A DNA stretch of 64,000 nt from Ostrea edulis (lineage: Eukaryota): the NCBI RefSeq assembly GCF_947568905.1, contig NC_079170.1:79112001-79176000 (forward strand). The letters are read 5' to 3'. The position numbers and the translations under genes were made by a program. Shown piece by piece: positions 39,101-51,055 of this stretch; within the stretch, counting starts at the first letter, position 1; the number at the start of each line of letters is the position of its first letter. Below the pieces are notes generated by a model that had not been told where the DNA came from, made no database searches, and saw only the letters and a program-made list of their open reading frames with translations.

Positions 39101-39392
39101 CAGTCTAGATTGCATTTGGAAGGTGGCGTATTGCTTTTTCCATGGCTGTAAAGCCTTCTGGTACAACCTCTGCACACTCCTTTGCGGATTCTTCATCGCC
39201 TGTTTCTGGGGTATTGAGTTTGCTGCTATTGCCTTTGGTCACGTGTGGTGCATCACGCCGTGTTTGCGTGTGGGTATGATCCATTGCAACCTCTGCCAGA
39301 AAACTCTGGGTACCTGGGTGAACTGCTGCTTTGCACCGTGTTGCGAGGTCTTCGGTTTGATCTTCTCGAACATCAAAATTGAGAAAAGGTGA
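34770..39392 (+). CDS. CAV: Caveolin E, Cys-rich short caveolin, 131 aa; join(34770..34832,39060..39392)
   Basis: Exon 1b MDFNQLDMENRDPNGINDHLK|GTAAAT; exon 2 after TTGTAG| TGFDDVLAETDGTHSLDCIWK...FWGIEF...VWCITPC...IFSNIKIEKR*. Confidence 0.92.
34950..35368 (+). mobile_element. Well-preserved Penelope-like element 3' fragment in the intron of caveolin E
   Basis: FLNRGKLLTNKLMVQGFQQSRLKSAFCKIYGRYNDLVRQYNLALGQMLSDVFHTDC* followed by the conserved 3' non-coding end; homologous to 15530-15795. Confidence 0.75.
36090..36144. repeat. (TA)n microsatellite
   Basis: Read directly from the sequence. Confidence 0.9.
36145..36691. mobile_element. hAT-like MITE with an internal ~50-bp tandem repeat (4 copies, 36318-36510)
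   Basis: Termini TAGGGGTG / CACCCCTA; subterminal (CGATA)n and (TATCG)n; flanks ATATATAT on both sides (weak TSD evidence inside (TA)n). Confidence 0.7.
37200..37590 (-). mobile_element. Tandem pair of tRNA-derived (Thr-AGT-like) SINE heads, period ~253 bp; tRNA-like parts at 37219-37292 and 37472-37545
   Basis: On -: GGACTGGTTAGCTCGGTGGCTAGAGCACCTGACTAGTAATGCAAGGCTCCAGCGTTCGATTCCCATTCCAGCCA. A and B boxes are present, stems are imperfect, and the flanks are also duplicated. Confidence 0.65.
38580..38701. repeat. Imperfect inverted repeat (fold-back MITE relic)
   Basis: AAACATTCTT..ATTTAT.GATGTGTAAACTC..GACATTT pairs with AAATGTC..GAGTTTACACATC.ATAAAT..AAGAATGTTT. Confidence 0.6.
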
Positions 39393-39919
39393 TATACAAA
39401 AACTGACTAATGGTATGTTATGAATTCTAAATTACTAGAGAGGAATCGGAAACTTTGACCAGGAAACCCTTTATGTGGGAGGAGTCATGTTGAGTTCTGT
39501 TCAGTTTGGAATTCGTTTTGTTTGGACTGCAATAGCTATTCATTTTTGTAATCGCGTGAAGTTAACAATGACTGTCCTTAAATAAATGTGGAGCATACAT
39601 GTAAAGACTGCAGTTTGCTTTTAAATAAAATGGAAAAGATTAATGGTTAAATCAGTATTTGTAACTGTGTTATTTTTCATGGCACACATAACTACATTGT
39701 ATCAGTTCACGGGATTACCTTGTAGGACAGTTTCAATATCACCATGCTTACATAAATGATTTACTCTAATTATCAGGATATTAATTGTACAGGTACTGCA
39801 AGAATGGCAAAAATACATGTTTGCTAAAATTCTTAACACATCATAAACTGTCAAATTGTTTTCAGATATGTTTTACCAATAAATAGCCATTTAAAGCGAG
39901 AAACAGAAGATGCGCTTTA

Positions 39920-41090
39920 TAAGTTTGCACAGAATGAGCTTTATCAGCGTAGACAGAATGAGCTTTTAAATTATCAGAGTACAGAGGGAGAGTTTTATAC
40001 GTGTACACAGAATGAGCATTATCGGAGTACACAGGATGAGTTTTATCGGAGTACACAGGATGAGTTTTATCGGAGTACACAGGATGAGTTTTATCGGAGT
40101 ACACAGGATGAGCTTTATCAGAGTACAGAGGGAAAGTTTTATACGTGTACACAGTGTGAGTGTTATAAGCGTATATAGGATGAGTTTTATCGGAGTACAC
40201 AGGATGAGTTTTGTAAGTGTACACAGGGTGAGTGCTATAAGCGTACACAGGATGAGTTTTATAAATGTACACAGGGTGAGTATTATAAGCGTACATATGA
40301 TGAGTTTTATAAGTGTACACAGGGTGAGTGTTATAGGTGTACATAGGATGAGTTTTATAAATGTACACAGGATGAGTGTTATAAGCGTACACAGGATGAG
40401 TTTTATAAGTGTACACAGGGTGAGTGCTATAAGCGTACACAGGATGAGTTTTATAAGTGTACACAGGGTGAGTGCTATAAGCGTACACAGGATGAATTTT
40501 ATAAGTGTACACAGGGTGAGTGCTATAAGCGTACACAGGATGAATTTTATAAGTGTACACAGTGTGAGTTTTATAAGCGTACATAGGATGAGTTTTATAA
40601 GTGTACACAGGGTGAGTACTATAAGCGTACACAGGATGAGTTTTATAAGTGTACACAGTGTGAGTATTACAAGCGTACATAGGATGAGTTTTATAAGTGT
40701 ACACAGGGTGAGTGCTATAAGCGTACACAGGGTGAGTTTTATAAGTGTACACAGGATGAGTGTTATAAACGTACACAGAATGAGTTTTATAAGCGTACAT
40801 AGGATGAGCTCTATAAGCGTACACAGGATGAGTTTTATAAGCGTTTATAGGGAGAGTTTTATAAGCGTACATAGGATGAGCTTTATAAGCGTACACAGGG
40901 TGAGTTTTATAAGCGTACACAGGTTGAGTTTTATAAGCGTTTATAGGAAAGTTTTATAAGCGTACACAGGGATAATTTTATAAGCGTACACAGAACGAGC
41001 TGTATAAGCACACATAGAATGAGTTTATAAGCGCACACGGGGTGAGTATTACAAGCGTGCATAATATGAGCTTCATAAGCGTACATAAAT
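39920..41090. repeat. 24-bp minisatellite (GTACACAGGATGAGTTTTATAAG[C/T]), ~48 copies, partly a 48-bp dimer
   Basis: Read directly; explains the 352-aa and 315-aa 8-residue periodic ORFs on opposite strands. Confidence 0.95.
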
Positions 41091-41468
41091 TGACCTTAAG
41101 AAATGTAAAACAAAAACAATGATTAACGGTGTTGCATGTATTAACAGCATGGTGTTTGGTAGTCCCAGGAGGTCTTGTTATTTCGTCATGTCATCAGTCG
41201 GTACATCGGATCATAAGTTTGTCCCTGCAGGTCTGAGACCCAGGATTCAACTGGATGAAAATAAGATTTTCGCCACCTGTGGTATTTCTCCCTGTTGACA
41301 TGCTTTCTTTTTTACCAAATGTGGCAAGCCTTACCCCGGACTCAAACACTGTACCCGTGGTATACTTGTCAAGGGTTTCAGTGTGACTGCGCTATTTGCA
41401 AGTTCCTTATTCAATACGATCCGATATATCTTGAAGTCGCATAGTAGCAGTACTGCAATATCTTATTC

Positions 41469-41987
41469 TAATCTCGGTTGAGATTCTGCTTGGCTGAATA
41501 TTTATACTGACGCCTTCACCGAATCTTGGAGCAGACCTTCATAATTCATGGCTGTAAATTTACTATCAGCTTCGACTGGTTCTAGCAATTAATGTGCACT
41601 TAGGTGACACTGCTGATCGCTTCAAATAAGTTATTTGACTGTTCAACTAACTCTCTATCACTATTAATTTTGCATTGCTTACCGTTTAGTTCTGAAAATC
41701 CCAAAATTAAAATTGTCACTAAATTTTCCGTGCAAATGATAACTTCATGGCACAATATTTTATCTCCTGAAACTGAAGAGTTCCTATAGTCTGTATTATC
41801 TCGGTACTGATACATTGTATCTCCACATAGGGAGTGTCACCTAAACAGCAGTGTCACCTAAGTGCACATTAATTGACCGAAGCTGAGATCGAGTAAATTT
41901 CCAGACATGAATTACGAAGGACTGCTCCGAGATTTTGTGAAGGGGTCAGTCCAAATATTCAGCCAAGCCGAATCTCAACCGAGATTA
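41469..41987. mobile_element. MITE with ~145-bp imperfect terminal inverted repeats
   Basis: TAATCTCGGTTGAGATTC.GCTTGGCTGAATATTT...AATTAATGTGCACTTAGGTGACACTGCTG is mirrored at 41846-41987. Confidence 0.75.
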
Positions 41988-42876
41988 CTTATTGTCATGC
42001 GTTTGTTTTAGTTTGTAGCTAATTCTAAATTTTATCATTTTACATTTCACTTAGAAATAGAAATAAGCTAAAATCGGTATCTAAAACAAATATACAAGCT
42101 AGAATTGTAATGTAAAAAAAAAAAAAAAAAAAACAGAATCAAAATCATAAATTCGATAGAACATGTAAAACATCTATGACATTATTACCCAAACTGATAT
42201 TGAGACCGCTCATTTCTTCATTTCATTCGATTGTTATGCTACATGTAAGAATCTGGCTTGTAAAATACAGTGCACTTAGCAATGAGTTCACAATAAGAAG
42301 AGGAATTCATGATTGACCGTCACAAATGCATGCATATCATGAAGACAGAGTCCGTGATTTATTTTCCGCTCACAATATTGTGGGGCAGTTTACATGTAGC
42401 TATTTCTAGTATCACTGCCGCTGTAGATAATTAAAACTTTGCCCGATTTACATTAATTAGATATGTCTGTATCCCACTTATAACTCTGTATCATTCACTA
42501 TGATAAGTTTGTTGTTTAAGATAAAATAACGACGAAGGAAACAAGTGATTAACCCCAGTTGACCCTGGCACGCTTTGATGTTGCTCTCTACCGGCAGGTG
42601 GCGTTTAAGAACGTGCAGGTTGGCGTAATGAAGAACGACGTGATCCGCCTATCAGTACATCTATCTGCTCCTGTACACGGGCAGTGTTGTATTATCTCTA
42701 CGGTCAGAGGGGGATGTTAATTTCATTTCACGTGTGCGCGAGAGATTGGCGAGGATTCGCATAAAAATACTCACCGTTTCCTCTTGATGGAAGCAAAGCT
42801 GCAAGTATACATTGCTGAGAATAAAATCTCTCTTCGTTGAGAAGACACGGGCGGCATTTATATAAAGAGATTCATA

Positions 42877-44241
42877 ATGACGGATCGGCGGTCTCAATAT
42901 GAGGGTGTTGATGATACAGATGTGATTAATTTTACTATACCTTTAGAGGAAACAGGGGAGACGGTCCCCCTTAGTCCCCCTAAATCACCGGCCACCCGGC
43001 GCGCACCCCCACCGCCGATAATGCCGGTATCAGAGCCGCCAAAGACCACAGTAAGGCCTGGATCCGTGCCTGTTAAGCCAATGGCACAGACCGCCCCTCA
43101 AAGTGCCAAAATCAACATCGAGGACAGAGACCCTACACGCATGAATGATATTGTTAAGGTAGGTGGTAAATATAAGTTTCTTGAGTGGAAAGTAATTCTA
43201 TAAAGCCAGAAAACTGACAGATGCATTTACTTTTCTGGGGTAAAAAAAACATTTGGTTATCAAAGCTTTCTGACTTCGCTAATCATTTCCTCTGCGTAAT
43301 TGTGCACACACGAACAAAACCTATATCGCATATCTGCATGTCATATTGCTGGCAGTGTGTGGGGGGAAATATACAACTGAAATGTGCAGGGATAAACAAA
43401 GAAAATGATATGGGGAAAAATCAACTAACTTGTGTGTAGGGATATATACAAAGAAAATGATATTAATATCCTTCACTGACGTTTATTTCATAAAAACACC
43501 ATTTGCTCTTCCGGCTATTTGGAAGCAATGATTCTTTTTTTTTTTTAACTTTTCCTTTGATATGTGAGGATGAACATCGGCGGTCACGTGTTAGATGTTT
43601 ACAAGCGCGATGTCGTTATCAATTACCGTCCATAGACACGTGATAATGCCATTCGCTTTGAAGCTTGTGCAGTACAAATGAGAAAAGCTTATGTAACACC
43701 GTACTGATCAGTAGTGGGTGTATGGAATTCGGTTTAATTGTTACAGATAGGTGTATCTTATCAATGGGTGCAGTTCATCAATTTGGACAAAATATATACA
43801 ATAAATTTATCAGTATTGAGGGGAGGGTAAGGGGTTTAAGAGCGCAGTATTGATACAGAATATACATGCTGTAATTATTTTTTTCATTGAATTATACAGG
43901 TAGATTTTGACGACATCTTCGCAGAACCAGTGGGAACCTACAGTTTTGACGCTATCTGGCGGCTGAGCTACCGAGTTTTTACGACAACCAAATTTTGGTG
44001 CTACCGTATACTGTCTGTCATTTGCGCACTCCCCCTGTCCGTCTGCTGGGGCATTTCCTTCGCCTGCCTAACGTTTGAACATATCTGGTGTTCTGTTCCC
44101 AGTATGAAGGTGTTCAAAATAACGATTCAGCCGTTCGCGTTCATGTGGAGTACACTTCTACATCTACTTTTTGAGCCTTTCTGTACGTCTCTGAGTCTGA
44201 TATTCAGTAACATTCGAATACTACTCAAGAAGGACACCTAG
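42877..44241 (+). CDS. CAV: Caveolin F, canonical CAV1/CAV3-like caveolin with Pro-rich N-terminus, 207 aa; join(42877..43158,43900..44241)
   Basis: Exon 1 ends ...KINIEDRDPTRMNDIVK|GTAGGT; exon 2 after ATACAG| VDFDDIFAEPVGTYSFDAIWR...KFWCYR...ALPLSVCWGISF...IWCSVP...IFSNIRILLKKDT*. Exon 2 aligns without gaps to CAV1 66-178. Confidence 0.95.
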
Positions 44242-45819
44242 GCCCCAGTAACAATATAAACACGATCTGAGTAAATATATTTTGTAGACTGATATTTAAA
44301 AGATTGTTTCAGGGATACATGTATATATTTGTTGTCGAGTTCGCTGCTTGTGTGTCATATATAGAATGTATCGGTTGTCTTTCTTGAACTGGCGAAATCT
44401 CTACAAGTGGAGAAATATGAAAGTCATTCCTCGCTACTGAAACTATGTTTTGTCTTTTGAGTGAGGTCTCTAATACATTTGACGCAAGTTCAATTTCTAC
44501 ATGTAAGCTACTCAGCTGACGTGTAGGAATCTACAAAGAAAGTGGACTGTGTCGAGTACAAAATATAACCTTTCCGACACATGTCGCTAGACGAGTATAA
44601 AAGTCATTTTCTGACATCGAACAGTTTTCCGACACTTGCCGCTGGACGAACGAGGGGTGAGGGTTGGTTAAGTATATCTGGTGTTTCGTTATGATTTCTC
44701 CAACCCCAGTTTTTGTGGTTGAACACAAAGTTCAAGGACCATAGAAACGATTTCTCTATAATAGAAAGGAACAAGGAATGCCAACTTTCACCAAAGTTAC
44801 ATAATAACGAAATCATATGTAGGCAAATCCACGAAACCATCATATAATAATATTATGTTAGATGTGGGGCACGAAATCGTGTTGGTTACGGTACTACATG
44901 TATACAAATAAATATAAAGACATTGTTTTCATATACTTTTCAAAGTAAACATAGGTTTTATCATGACGTTTAACAGCGCATTGAAAACTTGGGATATATA
45001 CCTTTAAGAGTTCTATGAAGTGCCGACATTGAGAACCGGATGAATCGTTCTTTGTGCATGCTTATGGTACAGAGTTTCGTATTTGTATACAGTTTCGTAT
45101 TTGTAGTGGTTTCAAAAAATAAAAAAAGTGTGTAAATTGTAGAGTTAGAATTACTTGTAGAATATTGATCATTCAATTAATAGCACATGTAGAGATTAAC
45201 AATAAAACCGATATGGAGGGGTGTTGGTTTATATAGAAAGTATATGTTTTGGGGTGGGGGTGGAGGAGACACTTCTCTGGTATTTTTTTTATCTCGAATT
45301 TTTATATTTCTGCCATCGCATCTTAATACATGAATCAAATAATTCTTAAACTATTTTACCTTAAAAATACCTACTTTCACATACAATTTCACCATTTGCG
45401 TGACCATTTTCAATTCGAACCGGCCCCGTTCCATATTCACATGTTTTCATATGCAAACTATTATCCATGAATATATATATATAATATTTAATATTCTGAA
45501 CGAAATTAGTTAATAAAAATTGTTGCGTACTTTTAATGAAGTTTAAGAATATCTGAAATTATCAGGACGCCATTTTACGGTTTGTATTGTGATCCACCAC
45601 TCAGGGGAAAAATCATGTCGAGAGTAGTCCCCATCTCGTCAAATGTGTGTTAAAGGAGACGCACCTGCAGTTTGAATATTGACTGACAACACTAACATTG
45701 CTACGTAAACAGCCGGGGTGAATGGAATCTATCAGACTTTGGTTCGATTTGGGTTTTAAGAAATGTTGGAAGATATTTCGTGACAATAGGTTTTGTGGAG
45801 AAATAGTATAGGGATTCAT

Positions 45820-46300
45820 CGATTTTAAAAGAATATAGATATCCACTGATGTTGAAATATTTTATAGGGATTCATTGATGTTAAAATATTATATCGGGAT
45901 TCATTGATATTAAAATATTATATATAGGGATCCATTAATATCTAAATATTATATTGGGATCCATGGATGTTAAAATATTTTATAGGGATTCATTTGTTTT
46001 AAGATATTATAAGGAATCATTGATATTAAAATATTATATATAGGGATCCATTAATATCTAAATATTATATAGGGATCCATGGATGTTAAAATATTTTATA
46101 GGGATTCATTTGTTTTAAGATATTATAAGGAGTCATTGATGTTAAAATATTATATCGGGATTCATTGATATTAAAATATTATATATAGGGATCTATCAAT
46201 ATCTAAATATTATATAGGGCTCCATGGATGTTAAAATATTTTATAGGGATTCATTTGTTTTAAGATATTATAAGGAGTCATTGATGTTAAAATATTAATC
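45820..46300. repeat. ~29-bp AT-rich minisatellite (ATAGGGATTCATTGATGTTAAAATATT) with a 4-5-unit higher-order repeat
   Basis: Variant order (..TCCATTAATATCT / ..TCCATGGATGTT / ..TCATTTGTTTT / AAGGAGTC..) recurs three times. Confidence 0.88.
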
Positions 46301-47344
46301 TGGATTTATTGGATGGTAAAATATTGGAGTCAAATATGCAAATTCGGAGCAAAAATGTTGCTCTTCGCAGGATTTGGTTTTGTTCTGTTATCTTATGTAT
46401 TCATTGTATTTCATTTCATTTTGTATTTGTTCATTTTCTTGGTTGAATTTTCAATTCAACACAAATGCATGTATACGTTCTGCATCACAGGAAATTACTT
46501 TAAAAGCGGTGATAAATCAGATATTTCTCATTAAGATTCCTTTAAGATATCTTTACCCTTTCTGACTTTAAATCGGAGAATTCCAAAATAATTTTATATT
46601 TTAAGACAACTTTTAAATCCGATTCGAAGAAATGTGTGCTCTAGCGCTAAAAAAAAATAAAAAAAGATAAATATTAAGATTAAGTATTGGTTCTCGATAC
46701 TTTTGGTTATTGAAGAACACAAGATTGGAGGCCAGTGCCACGTTGAGTAAATGCTGTATATAAACCCACACAGTGAATTAAAAAGTTCAAACACGACACA
46801 AGTTTTCTACTTGTAATTATTATAAGTATTGTATTAATAAAAGAAATAGAAATAAATAACAAAAATAAATAGAAAAGATACATAAAAAAATAGATATTTT
46901 TTTAGAAAGATGAATTTAAAAAAAAAAAGTTCTATAACTATATGCACGTAATTTACATGGATAAGATTTAAATATAAATTCATCCTTGGTTACCTATATA
47001 AACTGCGATGCCATCTGTTGCCGGTATTTAAATTTACCTCTTTACATTGTAAAAATAAAACACCCCTTGATTATTGAGCATACATAGATCTTCAAATTAT
47101 AGCTGCGTCATTGGATTCCTTTAAACAGTTCACCTAAATTTTTTAAATTTTTTTTTGGCAATACGTGGTAATCTGACATTTTATTCCCAAGGTTATGTTT
47201 TGAGGGTGAATATGGCAGAAGAATTTAAAACTTTCTATGAATGTATTAAAGTTAGATTTTTCTTGTAAAACTGCATGATTTGCTTTCCTTCTCTGTGAAC
47301 ACATTTCGCTTACTTACATTGTGCAGTACAGCAGTGGTATGTCT

Positions 47345-47790
47345 CTGTACATGTACAAACATCTGTATATAAATGTATCTGTACTTACATGTACAAACAT
47401 CTATATATAAATGTACCTGTACTTACATGTACAAACATCTGTATATAAATGTATCTGTACTTACATGTACAAACATCTATATATAAATGTACCTGTACTT
47501 ACATGTACAAACATCTGTATATAAATGTATCTGTACTTACATGTGCAAACATCTGTATATAAATGTATCTGTACTTACATGTACAACATCTATATATAAA
47601 TGTACCTGTACTTACATGTACAACGTCTGTATATAAATGTACCTGTACTTACATGTACAAACATCTGTATATAAATGTATCTGTACTTACATGTACAAAC
47701 ATCTGTATATAAATGTATCTGTACTTACATGTACAAACATCTGTATATAAATGTATCTGTACTTACATGTACATGTACAACGTCTGTATC
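47345..47790. repeat. 38-bp minisatellite (TGTACTTACATGTACAAACATCTGTATATAAATGTATC), ~11 copies
   Basis: Read directly from the sequence. Confidence 0.92.
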
Positions 47791-47859
47791 TCTGTATAAG
47801 TTTATTTACTTGTTAGTGTACATATTATATAAATTTATATACACTGCATCTCTGTTTAT

Positions 47860-49160
47860 CTCAAATGTATGCACTTTCGTAAAGCTAGAACAAAAGGAAC
47901 AGAGTTTGAATTCACTATTGGAACAAATACATTAGAAATAGTAGATAGCTATAAATATCTTGGAATCATATTTACTTACACTGGAAATTTTACAAAAAAT
48001 GCAGAAAATCTTGCTAAAGCTGGAGGACGGGCACTTGGAAAAATTATTTCTACAATACACAATAATAAAGAATTTGGATTCACTGCTTACGAAAAATTAT
48101 TTTACTCTTGCGTTTTACCTATATTAGACTATTCGTCCAGTGTTTGGGGGTTCAGAAAATTCCAGTCAATAGATAATGTTCAAAATCGAGCCATTAGATA
48201 TTTTTTGGGAGTACATCGTTTTGCGCCTTTATTGGCAATCTATGGAGATACGGGGTGGATACCCAGTCAATATCGTCGATGGATTAATATGATAAGATTT
48301 TGGAATAGAGTATTGTTATTTGACAGTGAACGCATTACTAGAAAAGTGTTTGAAATGGATTATGATATATGTAGAAACAACTGGTGTAGTGCTCTGAAAG
48401 AAATTTTGCAAAATTTGGAACTGGAAAGTTATTTTGACTCAAAATTGTTAATAGACATGAATGTTCTTCAAACAAATATGCATTACTATTACTCAAATAT
48501 CTGGAAAAATGAAGTATTTAAAGTACCTAAATTGCGAACTTATGTGTCTATAAAATCAACCTTTGGTCGAGAAAATTATGTAACATTGGATATGCCAAAA
48601 TACTTTAGGTCAATTATGTCGCAGTTTAGATGTGGTATTTTACCTTTAAGAATAGAGACGGGAAGATATTATGGGGAACCTGCTGTTGAAAGAATATGCT
48701 CATTGTGTTCATTAAATTGTGTGGAAGACGAAATTCATTTTTTACTCTATTGTCCATTGTATTCTAAACTCAGAACAACTTTGTTTGAAAATACGGGATT
48801 TGATCAAATGTCAATGTCAGATGTAGAGGTTCTTCGAATGTTAATAACAAACTACCCAAGACAATTAGCAAAATACTTGTACTCCTCCTTTTCTCTTAGA
48901 CAATCTATTATATTTGGAAAAATCAACAACTGAGCTATTTATACATTATATACTTATTATACATGTATACACATGTATGTATATATAATTATAGAAAATG
49001 TTATTATGCGCAATTATTTGCATTATATATTATTATATCAATGTTTAAAGTGGCATATAGGCCCGACGGGCCGGGTGTTTATTGATTTGTGTATTGTGAT
49101 AAAATTGGATGTATGAATATATGTACACATGCCACTATAATAAATAAAATTACTTACTCA
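47860..49160 (+). mobile_element. 5'-truncated non-LTR retrotransposon (L2/CR1/RTE-X-like); 354-aa open frame 47869-48933 covering the RT thumb and C-terminal Cys/His motif
   Basis: YKYLGIIF, ILDYSSSVWG, VQNRAIRYFLG, AIYGDTGW, FRCGILPLRIETGRY, RICSLC...EDEIHFLLYCPLY; 3' UTR ends AATAAATAAAATTACTTACT. No YADD core, consistent with truncation. Confidence 0.88.
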
Positions 49161-51055
49161 ATTTATTTATCTTTTCTTTTAATTTTCACTTACTTATTTC
49201 TTATCAGTTATTTTATTCACTTATTTTTTATCTTACTATTTTAACATTCTAAGTAACGGTGTATGGATCATATGCTTCAATTGAACACTAAATCGTGTGT
49301 ATAGACCTTGCTACAACCTTATTCTACACTATAACAGAAGCATGAATGCATTTAGATTCTTCTTCATTTTGTCCTTGGTCATACATACATGTAACTTTTA
49401 TTTCATTTTTGTTTGTTAATAATTACATCAATGAAGTGTATTATTTTCTGGTCAAATATAAAAGTATTGCTATTCTGAGAGAGAGAAATATCATCTTATC
49501 AAAATATAGATCTGTTTTAGAAAATTGCTCGTTATTCTTACAGTCAAACGTATGATTTACTAAGTCGTGTAAATTTCTGTTTAAACTTGTACCCGTCCCA
49601 CTTTAAATAGACGAAATGTGGGAACTCCGAGGCGTAGCTGATCAATAGATTTTGACAGATTTTTAATTCGTACTTTAAAACACGTACGATGTATATTTCC
49701 TTTTAAAATAAGAAGGTCGACGAACGATAGTCATTGCTAAAAATAGATTTAAAACATTTTTCTTCACTAATTACAAGAAATATTTTGGTTGTATCTGTGC
49801 AACCATTCAAGGGGGATTGTTTGAATTCATGCACGAGAAATTCTATCTTGACAGAGGCACAATTTGTAAACCCATTTAATCCGTAGTAAGCTAGTAACGA
49901 AGAGTTTACATTCGGTGCACATTTCTACATGATTTCACGAGGGGTTGAGATGAAATGAGTGCATTCTTATTCGTAATACACATGTTAAAGTTTTTATATT
50001 AAAGCATTTTCAGCATATTATTCATTCTTATAAATTATGAGTTTCGTACATACATCAAACGTTTTAAAAATCTAAAGCGTATACATAAGTAATAGTGTAT
50101 GTAAAAATATGAGAAATAGCTAAATATTCTTGATTGCAGTTTAAATTCGCATATACAACAAACGTTATAGGAAATAATATAAGATTAAAACTACTTAACC
50201 GGGTTTTAAGTAAAAAAAAAATGAATTAAAAAAAAATAAACAAAGGAAAAAACCTGTGTTGAAGTGTAGAAAACGTGCACATCACCTATACTAGACTTCC
50301 TCAAGTCTCTATGTTGTTTTTATTACTTTATCATTTCGTCTAAATATCTGTTCTCTACCATACTTAAATGTAACCAAAATCTATGTAGAGATAGCCTGAA
50401 TTAGATAAACTTTTTTGGTATATCTTAAATGTATTTTCTTAATTTGTTTAGAATTAAAAAGTATTAAAGAGAGCACTGATTATTAAACATAGAGACTTAG
50501 GCTTAGTTTACCATTCTAAAACTTGAAAGGTAGACATGAGAGGTCATGAGAAAAAAAAAATATTCTCGATATTCATAAGCAAAGGTACTTCAAAACTTAT
50601 CACGTTCTCGTGTTTACGTACGTAGACACATAACCCGGATTTTGGAAACTGGCACATGACGTTTTTATAAAATTTTATCCAATGAACAGGTGCATTATAA
50701 AATACTTTTGACGCAGTATTCCTTATATCCATTGTACGTCAGCGGGAACAATTTGCAAACTGTAATGCAAAGAATGAATGAAAAATGAAATTGAAAAAAG
50801 CTGTCGTGCACATACATGTACATGTAACTGCAATGCTCATTGTGAGTAAAAATTTATTTCACCGGGTCATTCTTTAATACCATTACAAACCAAAAAGAAC
50901 GAGCAGATAATCTTACATCAGTATAAATAGTTGCTATGAATAGATGATCTTACAATAGTATTTAAAGTAAGTATATTGTAATAGATCATATGAAAGACAT
51001 TACAAAAACACTTAATGACGTTGTCACCGGGATGTAAAATGTACGGATAAACTGG

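Noticed and set aside
39862-40959. 352-aa and 315-aa repetitive ORFs
   Set aside because: Translations of the 24-bp minisatellite with no unique coding flanks.
47869-48933. 354-aa host gene
   Set aside because: Motifs match the C-terminal half of a LINE ORF2; the starting Met is incidental to 5' truncation.
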